A program made the translations under genes and the position numbers. The notes beneath the pieces were generated by a model. The model was given only the letters and a program-made list of their open reading frames with translations. It ran no database searches and was not told the DNA's origin. From positions 5,049,514-5,113,513 of the forward strand of contig MU054117.1 in NCBI GenBank assembly GCA_013239625.1: a stretch of 64,000 nt of DNA, written 5' to 3'. This DNA is from Lama guanicoe (lineage: Eukaryota). This document shows positions 9,319 through 21,258 of this stretch, piece after piece (positions within the stretch are counted from its first letter, which is position 1; each line of letters starts with the position of its first letter).

Positions 9319-12300
9319 ATGGTGAGGTAAGGGCCTGGGATCCACCATAGGCAGGAGGCAAGGTGCCCCAGGGCCCAGGGGACCTCCCCTCACTGCCTTC
9401 CCGGCCCCCAGGTGGTTCCACCGAGACCTCAGTGGGCTGGATGCCGAGACCCTGCTCAAGGGCCGCGGGGTCCACGGGAGCTTCCTGGCTCGGCCCAGTC
9501 GCAAGAACCAGGGCGACTTCTCCCTGTCTGTCAGGTAGGTGGGCCTCAGCTCCAGCGGGAGCCAGGACTTGGCAGCCCCTTCTGGTTCCCCAGGCTCTGT
9601 ATGTGTCCGCCCATCCCTGCCTGCGCCCCACGCTCGCTCGGGACCCCCGCCCATCCCCCACCCCGGCCCCACCTCGACTCTTGCACCCACTGGCCTCCCC
9701 ACTTGATGCCCTGCAGGGTGGGGGATCAGGTGACCCACATTCGGATCCAGAACTCGGGGGATTTCTACGACCTGTATGGAGGGGAGAAGTTTGCGACTCT
9801 GACGGAGCTGGTGGAGTACTACACGCAGCAGCAGGGCGTCCTGCAGGACCGCGATGGCACCATCATCCACCTCAAATACCCGCTGAACTGCTCGGACCCC
9901 ACCAGCGAGAGGTGAGGGGCTGTGCACCCTGGCCGGCCGGCCACCCGTCGAGGGGGCCTGGCCTCGACCTGGCTGCCCCTGCCTCCCCATCTCTGCTCCT
10001 CCTCGGGGCTCAGCGGGCCTCCTTCTTCTCTGTGATCCTGGGGCCCATCAACCCCTGAGGAACAGAAGGTCATCTCGCCTTTCTGCAGGGCCCCTGTCGG
10101 CCGGCAGCCCAGGCCCTACTAGTGACAGGGCCACTCCTCGTGGCCACGTTTCCTAGCAGGCCAGCTCTGTTGTTAGAAAGCTCTTCTTCCTCCCATGGAC
10201 CAGAATCTCCCTTCCTGTGACTGTTCCCTTCCCCAGTACCGGTTAAGAGAGTGAGAGGCTCTTGTTGAGGAGGAACATAGGGACACTTAGTGCCTGTGCT
10301 CAGCAACCCTGTGGGGGTGGGTCTGCGCTCTGGGGCTGAGTAGAGCTGGACCAGTCCCTTGACCAGAACACAGACCATTGAAAACTGTGTGATAGGGTCA
10401 CATGTGTAAGAGGCCTAGAACCTGGACGCAGGGTAACACTCATTTCCCTACCATCTTTTTAGCTCCAAAGATGAGGCCCCCAGGATCGGGCTAGCTACTC
10501 CCCATGTGGTCTCCCCCGTGCACAGGCGGGGGGGGGCACTAATACTCAGCCTTACACCGAGGCTCATTTTAGCAGCCCCTATAAAGGGGGAAGGTGAATA
10601 ACTTTTTTTTTTCGCACACTCCTGGGGCCAAACCAACTTGCACTTGTCCGCTAGTTCTGTATTGCTTGTTGAAAGGATTCAGAACCTTGATTCTGTCAGT
10701 TTTCAATCTTTCTGAGATGCATGCCTCCCAACTTGCGTCAATACTTTCATTCAAGTCACTGATGGAAACTTAGAACTGGATGGCGGCTGAATAAAGGCTT
10801 AGAGGCCCACCCCTGGAGACCTCTTTCCAGTGGACATGAAGCCTCCTCTTCTAGGAGGGAAGCCATATTGATGACCTTGCTGGTGGCTGTACTTCCTTGG
10901 TGTCTGACCCCTCTGGCCCCTTTCCTGCAGCCCCCCTGCAACATTCACAGGGATTTCCCACCCAGACCCTCTTAAACTCCTCGTGGCCTTGCCTCCTCCT
11001 TGTCCACAGTCAGGATCTGCTCTGCTGGCTGCTGGAGGAGGATGGGTTACCTGAGACCCCATACAGGAGGAGCAGGTTGTGGATGGAGCTGGAAGAGGCT
11101 TGAGCTGAGCAGACCCACTGGGGAAGAGCCTGAGGCCTGCGCTCTGACTGGGGCTGGGAGAGGTCAAGGACAGAGGGAATGCAGACTCGGGAAGTGACTC
11201 CAAGAGGCCCTTTGGGTTACCCACGCCAGGAGGCCAGGGCTCACCCCTGACCCTAGGAGTGTGTGGGGAAGGCTCTTTCTCCAAACCTCCACTTGTGTTC
11301 TTGGCCTTGGCAGTGGGCCCTTCTCCTCTGCAGGAATTTGCATTTGTCCTCTCAATGGCTAGCTCTCTGCCTGTGGTCAGCCTGACATTTGCATGGAGAC
11401 TTCCTCATCCTGGGGCCTGGGGGAAGAGGGTTAGCCCCCTCCCCATTGCCCAGGGCAGGGGGAGCCCTGGCCTACCCCTGGGTAGTGGGATAGGGTGGCT
11501 TGGAGGGGGGCTCCTGGACAGGGTGGGAGACCCTGGAGGTCTCTGAGCTGCAGTCTCCTCTGGGCAGGAGTGAGATGGGGCGGGACAGACTGGCCCCCTC
11601 CCTCCTTCCCCCCATTCCTGCGGTTGGAAAATGCCCCCCCTTCCTCTGGTCCTTGGGCTGAGGAAACCTCACAACCTCACTTCTCACTCTCTCCCCAGAA
11701 GGAGTTTTGTGTTTTTTCCATCACGTGGTTTCCTGTGGGGCTGGGCATTGCGGGGCTACAGTTTCCTCCTGGGAAGGGGGTGTGCTTTGGGGAAAGGTCC
11801 TAGTTCTGCTTTCTGCCCATCTGAGCCCCACTGAGCCCCTCTGAGCCCCAGCGTCCCCTTGAGTGACATCATCCTGGGCACCTCAGAGCCCCTACACCAC
11901 TCTTTACCCAGAGTGGGGGTTGTCTGCCTTCCCTGCCCCCCGGGGGACTTCTCCCCATTGCGCCTCCCTTGTGACTTCCGTCTCTCCATCCCCATCACTC
12001 TCTGTGGTTTGGCCTCTGTCTGCGTTTCTCTTTCCCTAGCCCAGCCCTGTCTTTCACGGAGACCCTTCCTGGGTTTCTGCCCTCCAAATATTCTGGGTCT
12101 GGCCCACCTTTCTACCTTTGCCTTAAACTTTCAGAGGTGGACCAGGTTAGAACTCCTGAGCTTTGCCTCATATCAACAAGGGCTTTGGGTTAATGTGCAA
12201 TCACCCAGCCTCAGTTTCTTCATCTGCAAAACGGGTAGTATCTACCTCTCAGCATTTTTGTGAGAGTCATGGGCCGACATACAGTGGTGGATTTGGAAAC

Positions 12301-15300
12301 ATCTAGCATGGGGCCTGCACATGGCGGGGACTGGATTTCCTTGCCCTCTCTGTTAACGTCTGCCCAGTGCCTGCCCCTGGCCTAGATCTCACCTTCTGGA
12401 TGCTGCCTTCTCTAGGTGGTACCATGGCCACATGTCTGGGGGGCAGGCAGAGACACTGCTGCAGACCAAGGGTGAGCCCTGGACATTCCTCGTGCGTGAG
12501 AGCCTCAGCCAGCCTGGAGATTTTGTGCTGTCTGTGCTCAGCGACCAGCCCAAGGCTGGCCCCGGCTCCCCGCTCAGAGTCACCCACATCAAGGTCATGT
12601 GTGAGGTAAGGCATCCAGGCAGTGTGGAGGTCCTGTCGGGAGCCCGTCTGTGCCCACAGCATGGGCCGTGGGGAAGGTCAGCCTGGGCTTCGGTGGGAGG
12701 CTGAGGGTCCAGGGAGGGCAATTTGGGTCCTGAGAGGTGGCCTGACTCGACCCCACTCAGGGTGGCCGCTACACGCTGGGTGGTTCAGAGACCTTTGACA
12801 GCCTCACGGACCTGGTGGAGCATTTCAAGAAGACGGGGATTGAGGAGGCTTCGGGCGCCTTCGTCTACCTGCGGCAGGTGAGGGGTGGGCCTGGCTGCCG
12901 CCTTCATTCCCCGAAAGGAGACGTGTGAGCTTCTGAGACCAGAAAGCAGCTGACTTCTCACCCTCCCATGCCCCAGCCATACTACGCCACGAGGGTGAAT
13001 GCGGCCGACATTGAGAATCGGGTGTTGGAACTGAACAAGAAGCAGGAGTCAGAGGACACAGCGAAGGCCGGCTTCTGGGAGGAGTTTGAGGTGCGGAATG
13101 GGGACCCACAGGACACAGTGGGTGGGGCCCGGAGCAGACCCTGTCCCCTCTCTCCCCACCCCTCGCACTGATCTGCCCAAGTCCTCTCCCCTTGTAGTTA
13201 CCCTCTGCAGGGGCTGGTGCTCCATTTCCCCCTCTCGCCCCTCAGAGTCTGCAGAAGCAAGAGGTGAAGAATTTGCACCAGCGGCTGGAAGGGCAGCGAC
13301 CGGAAAACAAGAGCAAGAACCGATACAAGAACATCCTTCCATGTGAGCGCCCTCCCCAGGGCAGCCTCCAGCCCTCCCCCGCCAGGCAGCGTCCATTCAC
13401 TCAGGAGACCCCCTTCCCCCAGCCGACCTCCCCCATCTCATAAGGTCTCTATCCTCAGATCAAGGAGGGACCCACTCCCCACCCCAACAGAACCTCCCCT
13501 CCTCCAAAAAGCCTCTGCTCCCAGTGAAGCCTGCATCCCACCCCAACCCCATACAGATGCCCCACCTCTGCCGGCCCACCTGCTCTGAGAGCGCAAGGCA
13601 TCTGGGCAGGAATTGCCTGGGAGCTCAGGAAGGGTCTGACCCAGGCCCTTCTCTTGTCCTCTCTGCCCACCCCCAGTCGACCACAGCCGAGTGATCCTGC
13701 AGGGACGCAACAGTAATATCCCTGGGTCCGACTACATCAATGCCAACTACGTCAAGGTCTGGTGTGCCTGCCGGTCACTTGGGAGGGAGGCTGAGCTCCT
13801 GGACCCCACTCATCGTGGTGCTGGGCCCAGAGACATGTGGACAAAACTCATGCTGGCACCTTGGGTGGGGGTGAGGGTGGTGGGAGTGCAAGGGGCTCAC
13901 AGTCCTGTGTGTCCCTGTCCTCGCACCCAGAACCAGCTGCTAGGCCCCGATGAGAACGCTAAGACCTACATCGCCAGCCAGGGCTGCCTGGAGGCCACGG
14001 TCAACGACTTCTGGCAGATGGTCTGGCAGGAGAACACCCGCGTCATCGTCATGACCACCCGGGAGGTGGAGAAGGGCCGGGTAAGCCGAGCCCCACGCCG
14101 CCCCACCCCTAGCACTGCTTGGCCACTGCCATTAAGCCAAAGAAACTTGGGGCACCTCGGAGGGCAAGGGTCCTATCTTATTGGGAAACTGAAGAATCAG
14201 GTCTGGGCACACGCTGACTTCTGGATCCCTGATTCCCACCTTGGGCTCACCTGACCACCAGGCCCAGGTGTCCAGGGGCTTCTCTCCTTAAAGTGTCCCC
14301 CTGCCGTGCCCCCACCCGTGCCCCTCCAGGCAGCAGCCCCTCCTGTCCCTGGGGCCTCATAAATCTCTCTGAAGTCAGCTCCTCCTCCTCCCCCACCGCC
14401 CAGCTATCACTTTGCCAGCAGGCTGCCCCCTCTGAAAACCCTTCAGTGTCTCCCACACTCCCAGACCCAGCACTAAGGCCTGGTGGCTGCCCTCCAGCCC
14501 TCGCCGCCTCCAACCAGCCAGGCCCCTTCAGGTTTCCGTACCTCTGCCCGAGCTCATTTCTGCTAGGAGATGACTTCCTCTCCCTGCACTATCTCTGCCT
14601 GGCAGACTCCTCATTTTCCAAGACCCAGCTCAGATGCTCCCTCTTCTGTGAAGCCACTCCTGATTTCTTCCATTGCCTTGAGGGAGAGTTAGTCTCTGCA
14701 GCTCTGGTTCCCTGCTCCCCTGTTTTTCTCTGTGCTCCTGGCGGCACAGGGGCACCGGCGGTGTCTTGTTTGTATTTGTGACTCCAGCCTGGTTCTCTTC
14801 AGGTGCAGGTCTTGCTGCCTGTAACAGGCTGAGCCCAGGTTAGCTCCTAAGCCAGTTCACCCATTCATCCATCAGATGCTGACAGGGCCAGCACCAGGGG
14901 CGCAGGTCCTGCTTCGGTGCCTCAGTCCCCACCTCCACCCTCCCTTTTCAGAACAAATGTGTCCCATACTGGCCAGAGGTGGGCTCTCAGGGTGTTTATG
15001 GACCCTACGCTGTAACCAACTGTGGAGAACACGACACAGCTGAGTACAAACTCCGCACCTTACAGGTCTCCCCGCTGGACAATGTGAGTGGCTCCCACCC
15101 CTGCCCCTGGCCCCTCCTTACACCTCTTCTCTTCGGTTTGGTAGAATGAGGTCATGTATGGGAGTAGGGGATACTAACCCTACGCACTTGGCCCAGGGGG
15201 ACCTGGTTCGGGAGATCTGGCACTACCAGTACCTGAGCTGGCCTGACCATGGGGTCCCCAGCGAGCCTGGGGGTGTCCTCAGCTTCTTGGACCAGATCAA

Positions 15301-18300
15301 CCAGCGGCAGGAAAGTCTGCCTCACGCAGGACCCATCATTGTGCACTGCAGGTGAGAATAATAATAATGATGACATTAGTAATAATAATCGAAGTAGTAG
15401 CTGGCAAGTGAATTCGGCTCAGTAAGCACCATGCCCTATTGTAATTCACATTACAGAAAACTGCAAACAAGTGTGAAATTCACATACTTAATACCTCCCC
15501 TGGCCCCCACCCCTTCTGGGTTCCTTGATGGCTCCGACCCATGGGTGGAGCTTAGCTTGAACCGAGCCCACTGTGATCCTGTGTCTGGAGGTAGCTTCTC
15601 AGACTTCCCTGGATGTACCATCTAGTCCACCTCTGCCAAATACAGACTCGGAAATGGGCCCGGCCTCTTGCCAGGTCACTGCTGGTCGGTGGGGGAGCCT
15701 GGACGGTAGACCCAGATCCTGGTCACTCCTGTTTTCTCACACATGCCTACCCAGCTGGGGTTTCCTCTTGGGATTGGTGTGGCTCCCCATTTGTTCTCTT
15801 CTCCACCTGTAGCCCTGGGCGGGAGGCTGAGGCTTCCTCACTGCTGCTCCGTGTCTCACTTCACGCCAGTGCCCCCAGCTCGGCCCCAGGGTTGCGCAGG
15901 GAGGGGGGATGTATCAGGAGGGGCACAAGCATCACTAGCTCCACTGGGGACCCTCGTGTTCATGACCAGGAGACCCTGTTCCTGTTAGAGTGGGGAGTTG
16001 AGGGGCCAGCAGGGAGGAGCAGGGATCCCATCAGGCCTGAGGGTAAGAGTCCCGCAGACGGGACTGCCCAGCTCGGTCTGGCCTGGGTGGGTGGGAGACA
16101 GCGGGCACAGGGTCCTGGACAGAGGCTGCCTTTTTAAATACCAGCTCCTCCACTCACTGGCTGTGTGATCTTGGACAAATTACTTCGCTTCTCTGACTCT
16201 CATATTCCTCGTCTGTAAAATCAGGATCTCCTAGGATTGCTGTGAAGATTAGATTAGGTGAGAACCCCCTCACTGGGTTTGGCACACAGTAAACCCTTGA
16301 GAAGGGAGCTGTTAGTGCTTGCATATCTCACTGCAGGTGGGGAACGGGAAATGGGAATCTGCCTGGTCCTTTTCCCTTCCAGCTCTCTCCATATGACTCC
16401 AGGCAGTGAGGGCTGGGACTTCCTCCTTCTTTCCACTGTGTATCCTGGGGCAGGGCTGTGTGGGCTGAGTCTGGTGGTGCCCCCACATGCTGTCTCAGGG
16501 ACTCTGCCTCCCGGGGCAGGCCCATTGCCAAGAACCATCCTGTTGCCCGTGGCCCCCCCACCCCATTTCTTGAAATCCCCATGGCCTTTATTTAGACATT
16601 ACAGGAAGGAAGTGGGTGAGGGGGGTTATTTTTGACAATCTGGGTTTGAAATTAGACAGTGCGACTCAGGGCATTGGCCTGACAGGCCCAGCCGCCGATG
16701 GGGTGGGACTGGGGTCTATGTGGGGTCCTGAGGCTCCTGGGGTCTGCTTGCCCAAGGGTGGCGGCAGAAGGTGGGGAGAAGGGAGACTTCCTACTGCACT
16801 GCTCCCCCAAGTTTCCTGAGCCCAGTGGCCCCGTGCACTGCTGTCTCCGGGTTGCCCTTGCACGCCCGCCGTCAGGGTCTGAAGAAAAAGGGAAATGGAG
16901 CCTTGCAGAAGAGACCTCTCAATTCCGGGAGGGAAGCCTCGCTCAGGCTGGGGAGGCCCAGAGTGCCTGGGGAGCAGGCCAGACAGAGGTGGGACGGGGT
17001 CCTGGAACTCCCGGTTAGGGAGCAAAGTGAGGTGTGGAAGCAGGCAGCAGCGGGGGAGCTGGGTGCTGGGAAGGAGGAAAGTGATGGGTGTTTGGGGAGC
17101 AGCGTCTAAGCACTTGAGAGGCAGGCCCTCCCCCCCCAGATCCCTTGGCTGATGTGACCTGCAGAGTTGGGCAAACTTCTGCCCTGCTTGCCTGCCCAGT
17201 GACCTGGTTCCTGCATCTCATCTCACTGCAGCCTCGGTTCCTTAAGCCCCGCCCTGGTTGGCACTGAGCGCTGGGCTCCCCCTTACCTTCCCACGAGGTG
17301 GAGGTGCGGGTGAGGCCTCTGACGGCGGTGCCCCTTCTCTCCCCAGTGCCGGCATCGGACGCACAGGCACCATCATCGTCATCGACATGCTTATGGAGAG
17401 CATCTCCACCAAAGGTGAGGGTGACCTCTGGGGGATGCGGGGGCGGGTGGGTGAGCAGCCCCGCCACCGTGTCCACCTCTGCCGGGGCCTGACATCCTGC
17501 TGCCACTTCCGCCAGGCTTGGACTGTGACATTGACATCCAGAAGACGATCCAGATGGTGCGGGCCCAGCGCTCAGGCATGGTGCAGACGGAGGCGCAGTA
17601 CAAGTTCATCTACGTGGCCATCGCCCAGTTCATTGAAACCACCAAGAAGAAGCTGGAGGTCATGCAGGTGCGGGCAGAGCAGGGCCTTACAGGGCCGCGG
17701 TGGGCAGTGGGCATTGCCTGGTGCCGCTGGGACCACCGCCCAACCACCACACCTCTTCCCACAGTCCCAGAAGGGCCGGGAGTCAGAGTATGGGAACATC
17801 ACCTACCCTCTAGCTATGAAGAACGCCCACACCACGGCCTCCCGCACCTCCTCCAAGTGAGTGGCCCCTGCCTGTCGCCTCCCACAGCTGCTCCTTCCTC
17901 ACCTCCAGCCCGACCCTTCCTTTCCAGGGAGGTTGGGGTTCGAATTCAAGCTTGGTTCTTCCAACCTGTGTTCACAAGTGAGCGCCCTCCTGGTGGGGCC
18001 TGTGCCAGGGACTGGCAGTACACTGACACGTGAGATGGAACTCCTGCCTCTAGGGGCTTCTAGTCTAGTGTCAGGACAGTCTAGTGTCGCTTTCCTGGCC
18101 TCAGTTTGCCCACCTGTGAGATGGCATGGCCCCGGGGGCTGCTGGTGCTGATTAATCCGCCCTGTGTCCTGACTGCCACCCTCATCCACCCCACCCGCAG
18201 ACACAAGGAGGACGTGTACGAGAACCTGCAGAGTAAGAACAAGAAGGAGGAGAAGGTGAAGAAGCAGAGGTCAGCAGACAAGGAGAAGAGCAAGGGCTCC

Positions 18301-18315
18301 CTGAAGAGGAAGTGA
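9319..18315 (+). CDS. PTPN6: Tyrosine-protein phosphatase non-receptor type 6 (SHP-1), 595 aa; exons 9319-9326, 9412-9534, 9717-9911, 12416-12605, 12761-12877, 12977-13090, 13246-13342, 13677-13756, 13931-14080, 14952-15083, 15197-15351, 17347-17414, 17516-17667, 17765-17856, 18201-18315
   Basis: [11 protein letters not shown]... with two SH2 domains (FLARPS, FLVRES), [15 protein letters not shown], catalytic [11 protein letters not shown] (split by intron 15352-17346), Q-loop VQTEAQY, tail motifs YGNI and YENL, ending KGSLKRK*. Exon lengths sum to 1788 nt. All introns are GT-AG. Confidence 0.97.
11821..11850. repeat. 10-bp tandem repeat (CTGAGCCCC[A/T]) x3
   Basis: CTGAGCCCCA CTGAGCCCCT CTGAGCCCCA read directly. 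Confidence 0.8.
16140..16290 (+). mobile_element. MIR SINE in a PTPN6 intron
   Basis: CCACTCACTGGCTGTGTGATCTTGGACAAATTACTT...CTCGTCTGTAAAAT...TGGCACACAGTAA. Confidence 0.7.
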
Positions 18316-18503
18316 GCCGGGCGCGTCCAGGGGCGGCCGAGGTACCGCTCCTCCCTGGCCAGCCCCGGGCCCTCTGCCTCCAGTGCTCTCCCCTGGATGG
18401 ATGGGGTGGCTGCAGCCTCACCCTGCCTTTCTGCCCAGACCTGCATTGTGTCCCCTTCTGGGTCCCAGTCACCCCCTTGTTCCTTCCTCCCCTCTCTCTG
18501 CAG

Positions 18504-18700
18504 CCTCAGCCCATCCATCCCTGCAGAGGCCTCCAGTGGACGACCCACAGCCTGGACCTCAGTGCCTGCCCCCATTCTATTGTAATTTAAATGGCTGTGT
18601 CCCCACCTCCCTCTCCCAGACCCTGTACATAGCTCAGCAGGGCCCCGGTGGGGCCTGGCCCTTCTTCTGTTGTAAATAAAGCCCCTAGGATCACCGTGTG
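18504..18700 (+). other. PTPN6: PTPN6 non-coding last exon with AATAAA at 18675-18680 (3' UTR intron 18342-18503)
   Basis: Donor GAG|GTACCG 26 nt after the stop. Strong pyrimidine tract plus CAG at 18501-18503. AATAAA followed by a GT-rich element. Confidence 0.75.
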
Positions 18701-19089
18701 TGTGGGTCTCTAACTCCGTGCGCTTGGGTGGGAGGGGAGGCAGGCAGGGGAGGCCATGTTTGGGCACAGCTAGGCCTTCTCGCCTGACAGAACTGGTTCC
18801 GGCCTCTGCTTGATAAATGAGGACTGTGAGCGTGGGGCGGCTTCCGCCGTCTCCGTCTCTTCCCTTTAAAGTGGAGGATGATCTGGAAAGGGCAGTTGTG
18901 AAGATCTTTGAGATCAGGGATGTTGAACACAACTGGCAGCAATAATTCCTTACACGCTTGCTGTGTGGTGGGTGCTATTTAAAAAGACTGCAGCATTAAT
19001 TCAACCGAGGTACCACATCATTCCTATTCTACACTGAGAGAAACTGAGGCTCAGATAGATTAAATAACTTGCTTAAGGTCACAGGACTC

Positions 19090-19226
19090 ATTTTTTAGAA
19101 AAACTTTTTTTTTGGAGGGGGAGGTAATTAGGCCTATTTATATATTTTAACAGAGGTACTGGGGGTTGAACCCAGTACCTCGTGCACACTAAGCACACAA
19201 TCTACCGCTGAGCTATCCCCACCCTC
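19090..19226 (-). mobile_element. tRNA-derived SINE (Vic-1-like) inserted into a MIR, 15-bp TSD
   Basis: A/B boxes and the CCTAATTACCTCCCCC tail motif lie on the minus strand. TSD AAGGTCACAGGACTC (19075-19089) / AAGGTCACGGGGCTC (19227-19241). MIR sequence (GAGAAACTGAGGCTCAGA...AAGGTCAC) continues on both sides. Confidence 0.85.
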
Positions 19227-20619
19227 AAGGTCACGGGGCTCTTGAGCAGTGAAGCTAAGATTTTAACTCAGGCCTTCTGACCCCAGAGCCCACATTCCTG
19301 GATCCGCAGCCGGGGATATCCCCGAGGGGCACACAACCACATTCTCAGGCCTGGCTTCTAGATCCAAGAGCTAAGAAGATGGATAAAGGCCATGAGCATA
19401 GGCCTTGCTCCCTGTGTCCCCTCCCTGCTGGGCACCAGGTGCTCACAGGGGCGCCCTGCTTCTCCCTTCCTGGGGCTGCTGCTACACTTTTGCTCCTGGT
19501 CAGTGTTTTATCTTTTCTCACTCTTCCTTCCCCTGTGTCCAGAGTGGACAACAAGCCATTCCTTCCTTGTGTTAAGGCTTTATGTCGATTTAAAACGCTT
19601 GTCTCCTGGGGAGGAGTCTGTGAGAGGCTCAGACTTAAAAAAAGACCAGCTCCCTGTTGCCTGCCTGGCTGAGCAGTGGGCGTCCTGAAGCCAGTAGGCT
19701 GGGCCGTCACTCAGCCTACACTGTCTTTGTTGAGTGCCCCGCCGTGTCCCAGGCACTGGAGCGGTGCTGGGGCGTGGTGGGGAACCCGCCAGTGCCCGTC
19801 ATTGTGGAACTGAGGAGACTGGAGAGGAAGACAGCCAGAAACAGTCCACACAGAAGTACAGAGAGGAGTGAAGAAGGATGTAAACTAAGGGGAGAGAGAG
19901 AGTGCAGAGCTGGGATTGGGCCACAGGACTGCTCAGCTCCCAGGAGCTCTTGCCCTCCAGGGGGTGGCTGGGTGGAGCGGCACCTGTGGGCCTCAGGGCC
20001 CCTCTCCTGGCAACGCCCTTTCTATCCCAGCTTGAACTACACAAAAGAAAGGCAGGTCCCACCCCCTCTAACGGCCCTTGGGCTGACTGCCCGAGGCTGG
20101 GACCTAGACTCTCCAGTGCTGTGAGGTGGGTCCAGGAACAGCTCTGCCCGGCAGGGTGCCGGGTCCCTCTGGGGAGCAGAGCGTGGTCGGTCCTCCCCGC
20201 AGGACTGTGGATGAAGGCTGGGGGCCGAAGGAGGGCAACTCAGGACTTTGATTGGCCGGTTCAGTGCTGATGCTCCTGGCCAGCTTGGGGCTCTCAGCAG
20301 GGGTGGGCACCCCAACACTAAGGGTGAGGACAAGGAGGTGCCTGTGGGGACCCGCCTGCCCTCCACAGGCCCAGGATGTCCAGCACAGGTGCCCTGGGTC
20401 AGGGCACAACTCAATCCCTGCTAAGCTGAGCCCTCTCTGACCTCAGGGTCTCTGGGCCTCCAGCTCTGGGCCTGGGCAGAGGCCTTAGGGGAAGAGGCTA
20501 GCTGGTAGCAGGAGCGGCTGTGGAGTGAGGCCAGGGAGGAAGGCAAAGAGGCCCAAAGACAGCCCCTCCCTCTGTCCCTCTGGTGACCAGGCTCCCAGGC
20601 CTGGGCCCCGGGGGCAGAG

Positions 20620-20930
20620 GAGGCAGGTAGAAGAGGACGGCCAGGGTGGAGAGGGGACCAGGCCTCAGAGGAGGCGCCTGTGGCTGGCGCTGGGAGGGAA
20701 GGGGTTAAGGCAGCGGGGGTGCAGCCTATGGCAGGAGGACACACCTGTGCGCAAGGGCGGCGGGCGGGGCCCAGGTGAGGAGTCTGCGCTTCCCGGCAGG
20801 GCAGGCGAGAAGGAAGAAGGAAGAGTGGAGGCCAGCGCGGCCTCTAGGTCTGGAATCCCGGGCCCTGACTCCCCTTCCTCTCCTCAGCCTTCACTCTCTG
20901 GGGGGCAGGCGGCCAAGTGACAGGTAAAGG
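20620..20930 (+). promoter_or_regulatory. miR-200c/141 promoter with ZEB1/2-type E-boxes and Z-boxes
   Basis: CAGGTA 20624-20629, CACCTG 20742-20747, GC box 20762-20770, CAGGTG 20772-20777 and CAGGTA 20921-20926, in a CpG-rich stretch 0.3-0.65 kb upstream of miR-200c. Confidence 0.65.
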
Positions 20931-21258
20931 CCCTGGGGAGAGTGGTCCTGGGGCTGAGCTAGGGACCGCTGAGGGGGCCGGGGTGGTGAACCGGGGCGTA
21001 TGTGGTGGAGGACAGGCTGCGGGGGTCGGGGGAAGGGGCTTGGCGCAGAGAAGAGGTGGGCAGGGGGCTTCTGACTAGGCCCCTGACTAGGCCCTCAGTG
21101 GATCAGCGACCCAGGGTGGGGCTGGTGGCAGCTACAGGGCTCACCCGGAAGTGTCCCTAGGGATGCGGTTGGTGGGGGATGGGAGCCAGCGTTCCGCAGC
21201 TCCGTCGGGAGCCTGGGCCTAGGATGGCCTGCCCTGGAGGAGGGCAGCGGGGTGGGGG

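Noticed and set aside
8812..9990. 392-aa ORF on the minus strand
   Set aside because: It is antisense to PTPN6 exons in very GC-rich DNA, has low-complexity G/P/R composition and no recognisable domain. A shadow ORF.
21071..21094. 12-bp direct repeat CTGACTAGGCCC x2 upstream of miR-200c
   Set aside because: A simple slippage duplication. Too few units for an array and no evident function.
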